A stretch of 64,000 nt of DNA from the human T2T-CHM13v2.0 reference genome, Homo sapiens. This document shows positions 59,911 through 64,000 of this stretch, piece by piece (positions within the stretch are counted from its first letter, which is position 1; every line of letters starts with the position of its first letter). Both the position numbers and the translations under genes were made by a program. The stretch lies in NCBI RefSeq assembly GCF_009914755.1, contig NC_060935.1. One strand, given 5' to 3'. The notes beneath the pieces were generated by a model that was given only the letters and a program-made list of their open reading frames with translations, was not told where the DNA came from and did not search any database.

Positions 59911-60160
59911 CATAGATAGATGTCTATGTCTATGTCATAGATATCTGGAGTATAGCTAGCCCTCACTGGGAAATGAAACTTTTGTTATAAAATGGGGTTT
60001 TCAATTTTCCCCTTTTATATGAAATCATGACAACAAAACCATCTTAGTAATTGAGGTTTTAACTTCTCTAGATTTCACTGAAACTGTGAGTGTTAGTGAT
60101 TATGACTGATGCCAAGTGGAACCATTTGGGGGGCTCTCATGCCTGTTCTTTCTGTGTTAG

Positions 60161-60278
60161 ACAGGACTATGAAGAGCTAGAAAAGCAGCTGAAAGAAGTC
60201 TTTAAGGAGCGAAGCACCATTCTTCGTCAGCTGACAAAGACATCAAGAGAACTTGATGGAATTAAAGTCAATCTTCAG
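60161..60278 (+). CDS. LUZP2: LUZP2 coding exon 2 (leucine zipper protein 2), 118 nt
   Basis: Acceptor ttctttctgtgttag|A at 60160/60161 and donor CAG|gtgaga at 60278/60279. Encodes (R)QDYEELEKQLKEVFKERSTILRQLTKTSRELDGIKVNLQ, a heptad coiled-coil sequence I recognise as LUZP2 just after its N-terminal signal peptide. Enters in phase 2 and exits in phase 0. Confidence 0.95.
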
Positions 60279-63109
60279 GTGAGATGAAAACTCATTTTCC
60301 GAGCAGTAAAAGAGGAGCAGTCATCTGATTTTCTGAGTGGATTGACATGCATTTTTAAATAGTTTTTAATGTGTTTCTGGGCTTGACCATGGTGGTTGTT
60401 ACTTACTATTATATGTGCCCTAAACAGAAATGTCATTTGAAATATAGTCTAGGAATCTGAGTTTAACAAATACAGAAATGGGAAAATTGTGTTCTTGGCA
60501 GAGCCATCAATTCCTCAAGCTTCTAAGATCAGTTTGACCCCTGTGTTTTTCGTATTATAAAATGACAAATTATGATCAAGACTTAAATAAATATAGGAAT
60601 GACTCCTAGAAGAGAATTTTAAATTCCCCACGGGATAATTCTTAAGATTCTTTAATAAACCACATTACTGAAATAGGTAAATGCCTTTAAAAGGCAAGTG
60701 GCATCTGTAAAAAACATCTTAACATACTGAAATCTTTAAAAAATTCTACATAGGGTAAAAAAAGTTTCATAAATATTTGATAATATATTGCAATATTTGA
60801 CATAAACATTGTATTTATTATATCCTGTATGCTAAAAGCTTTGTATGTGTTACGTGGTTTAATTCTTGTAATGTATCTATGAGGTAGATCCTATTGTGAC
60901 ATCCCTTGTTACACATGAGAGATAATGTTTAGGAAAGATATGTTATTTTTGAATGTTACAAAAGAAGCCAGAGTTTACATGTAGACAGTCTAGCTCCAGA
61001 CACTATTAGTTACTGAACTGAACCATGTTTTTAAACCATGTGGAGTCGCTTCTGTCCACACTCTTCTCCTTAGCTTTCTAGTCCCATTAAGATGATAATA
61101 ATGATAATGATGATGATGATGATGGTGGTAGTGGTGGTGGTGGTGGTGGTGGTATTAGTAGCCACTGAGGCTTATTGAACATGGTCAAGGTCCAGTGCTA
61201 GATACTCTTTCTACAATTTGTATTTAATTTTCACATGAAGACTATTAGTCACATTTCATAGGTGAGAAAACAGAATTAGAGAAAAGTTAACAAACTAAGA
61301 GTGCACAGATAGTTAAGGGACAGAGCTGGTATTTAAAGTCAATATCTAAGCTCTTCTTCCAGAAGATGTGTTACATATGGAGAAGATGGAAACGAGAGCA
61401 AAAAAAAAAATTATACACAACCCAGTAGGACACAGAGATGGTATCAGAATGAAAACAGCGCAGGAATCATCGTGTTATGATGGAAGCATGCACAGAGCAT
61501 TAGGGAAAACTCACAAGGATGAAAAGAAGTACAGATTGATTTCTAGTGAAGCCAATGCCTGAGTTTGTGGTTAAGTGAAAATTCACCAAGTGAATAAGAC
61601 TGGGAAGAATACAAAGAAACCTGTACCTTCTCAGAGGCATAGAACACTTGACACATTGAGAATATTGAAAGCATATCGTGAAAGGCCCAGATGTGATCAG
61701 TATTTACAATATTCCCAGAATACTCAGCCTTTCTATGCCAGTAGCCAAAGGCAAGACATCTTATAACAGTCTAGAAAGTTGCTTGATACCAATATACAAT
61801 TTTATGGAGCTACATTTGCTGAAAGGATAACAATCCTACCACTAAACATAACTGCAGTTCTTAAAATGCCTTTTGCTTATTTTTTTGGCTGCCATTGTGC
61901 AAGGCTGATTTTGTGACTTGTGCCTGGTCATAAGACCATGATACACTTTGAACTTTAACTCCTGTGAATGATTATTTTTTTTACATTTTAATTCTTCTTT
62001 TTGCTTTCCTTGTATTTATGTGAAGCTACTGTTTCATATAAATAAGATTGTTTATTGATTGCTTCCCAATGATAACCTCAGCCAGTTACAGTAGGGAAGA
62101 GGTTTGTCTTGTAAAGTTCATCCCACTTCATTCCTGTTATAATACTTATCATACTACATTAAAATTGTTGATTTTCAACATTAGATTAAAAAATGTATGA
62201 AGGCAGGTACCATGACTTTGCGTAGGTCTTTGCATGATTCATAATAGATATTTGTTAAATAAATATTAAGTAAACAAGTGTTTGCCCTTTTTGCTATTGT
62301 CAGTTCCCTACCAGTCACAACTATTCTTTTGCAAACAATATTCTTGCCTCTTAGTTTTGACTTTTAATGCCAAGAATGACCGGTTACCCTATTAATTAGT
62401 TTATTGAATATAAATAAGAAAGTTATTAGAGAAGGCTTAATAGGATAGATTCTCTTGCAAGAAAAAGCTCAGGAGACTTTTCTGCTGTAATTCATAGTCT
62501 CTGAATTCTGAATTTGCCAGAGTATATAAACACTAAGGACTGAAGTAGTATACATAATTTATTGTTAATATTCTGTCTATAGAGACCAGTTACAATTTTA
62601 CATGGCCTTGTTTTTTTGTGTGTGTCTTAATGTATTACTCATAAATAAGAAATCAACAAAACCTAACAGGTGCATGCCCTTTGACTATTTTAATCTTGAA
62701 TTGTGTTATTTCCTGACTTATGCAGGGAGGTTTGCTATGTTCCCTAATATTTGTAGAAGCTGTGCCAGACCTGGTCTAACTTGCCTGCAGAGAACACAGT
62801 AAAACTTCAAAGAATGAATAGAAGATATGTTTTTTATTCACTTTTAAAGAGACCTAGATATTTGGAGAGTAGTTTTTCCTCCATCGAACCTCTGAAAGCC
62901 AAGACTGCTCAATTCCTTTCAGCCACTGTGTAGTTGGGTGTCATAAATTTCTGTTTACATCCTTGGAGCCGTGAGGACCATCATGGACTCATTTTTAATT
63001 CTTGTTCCAGGGCATATGTGCAGTCCTATCTAGTACTCTAGAACCAAAGTTAAAGTGAGTCTCAATTTCTCACCTGAATAAAACTTCATTTTTCCACTTT
63101 TCTTATCAG
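60279..63109 (+). other. LUZP2: LUZP2 intron 2 (GT-AG, 2831 nt)
   Basis: Starts gtgaga and ends tcttatcag, between the two in-frame exons. Confidence 0.93.
61090..61153. repeat. (GAT)n-(GGT)n compound trinucleotide repeat
   Basis: gatgataataatgataatgatgatgatgatgatggtggtagtggtggtggtggtggtggtggt. Confidence 0.9.
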
Positions 63110-63180
63110 TCCTTAAAAAACGATGAGCAGTCTGCCAAAACTGATGTTCAGAAACTTCTGGAATTAGGACAGAAACAAAG
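63110..63180 (+). CDS. LUZP2: LUZP2 coding exon 3, 71 nt
   Basis: Acceptor tttttccacttttcttatcag|T and donor AAG|gtaaga. Encodes SLKNDEQSAKTDVQKLLELGQKQ(R), in frame with the previous exon (phase 0). Missed by the ORF track because it is short. Confidence 0.95.
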
Positions 63181-63294
63181 GTAAGACTTTTCTTTTTTTC
63201 TTAGTTATTTCTGCCATAGTGTCAAGCAACATTCAGAAACTTCACAAAATTTATTGATTCTAAATATATGAACCTATTTATCTTTTCACTTATA

Positions 63295-63445
63295 CTTAAA
63301 TATGCATGCAATTCACTTGGGAATCTTGTTCAAATGCAGATTCTTACACAACTGGGGTGGGCTTGAGATTCCACATTTCTAAGAAGCTCTTTGGTGATGG
63401 TGGTGCTGATGCTTTTTGTCTGCAAATAACAATTTGAATGTTAGG
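63295..63445. mobile_element. MER5A/MER5A1
   Basis: tcacttgggaatcttgttcaaatgcagattct...ggggtgggcttgagattccacatttctaagaagctc. Confidence 0.7.
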
Positions 63446-64000
63446 GAGGTATAATACTTTCCTCAGTTAGTAAGATGGACCCTGGTAAGTCTGACCATCA
63501 ATAGACAGATTTGATAATATTGACCTAAATGGACCATGTTTAATACAATCCAAACTTGATCATGGTAATAATGATGTGGTGGTAAAGAATGGAATTATCT
63601 TACTAACAATACAAGTAGAATCAGTACAATATTATTAGTATTGGTTTGCTTATTTTTGAGGGAAGCATATTATGAAATATACTTGTGTAAATTATAAAAA
63701 GCCATACGATTTTTAAATTGCTTTTCCAAGCCAAAAAAAGAAAAACAAGTATTTTAATATGGAAACAACTTTACGTCTGCTATACACTTACTAGCAGCCC
63801 TTCTAGTAGATTTGTATATATTTTCTTGTTTCATCTTCACAACTACCTTGTGAAGTGGCTATTATTCCCATTTTGTAGATGGCAAATTGTTGCTCAGAGT
63901 GCTTAGTGGAATTGCTGAGAATCACGTTAATTGGAATTTAGATTTAAAATCTGCTCTGTCTTACCCTACAGCTCCACCTTACCAGTTTGGCTCACTGATC

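Noticed and set aside
60090-60287. 65-aa ORF as a standalone gene
   Set aside because: Only 60161-60278 is exonic. The N-terminal part is intron read-through from a GTG, and the end crosses the donor site.

Overview
Human (primate) genomic DNA, AT-rich and repeat-dense, with no CpG island or promoter. The only supportable protein-coding sequence is two + strand exons at 60161-60278 and 63110-63180. They splice in frame to ...QDYEELEKQLKEVFKERSTILRQLTKTSRELDGIKVNLQ|SLKNDEQSAKTDVQKLLELGQKQ..., which I recognise as coding exons 2 and 3 of LUZP2. Positions 1-60160 are therefore most likely the distal part of the very large LUZP2 intron 1. The intron holds about 19 Alus (including a human-specific AluYb8 and two Yd-lineage copies), L1/L2/MIR fragments, solo LTRs (MER50, LTR8, MST, MLT2, LTR10, MER31, MER67, THE1, MLT1) and DNA transposons (Tigger3a, MER1B, MER20, MER2, MER5A, HSMAR2). 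It also holds a full-length HMGN1 processed pseudogene inserted into an MST LTR. The most notable structure is an apparent L1-mediated 3' transduction: about 830 bp of non-repeat DNA with its own AATAAA and A-tail, enclosed with a short L1PA 3' end by one TSD pair inside a MER2. Also notable are a perfect 27-bp-arm palindrome next to a second microsatellite hairpin, and several multi-tier nested insertions. I see no evidence of a new multi-gene system, and nearly all listed ORFs are spurious. Repeat subfamily names come from my recall of consensus sequences, not from a database search.
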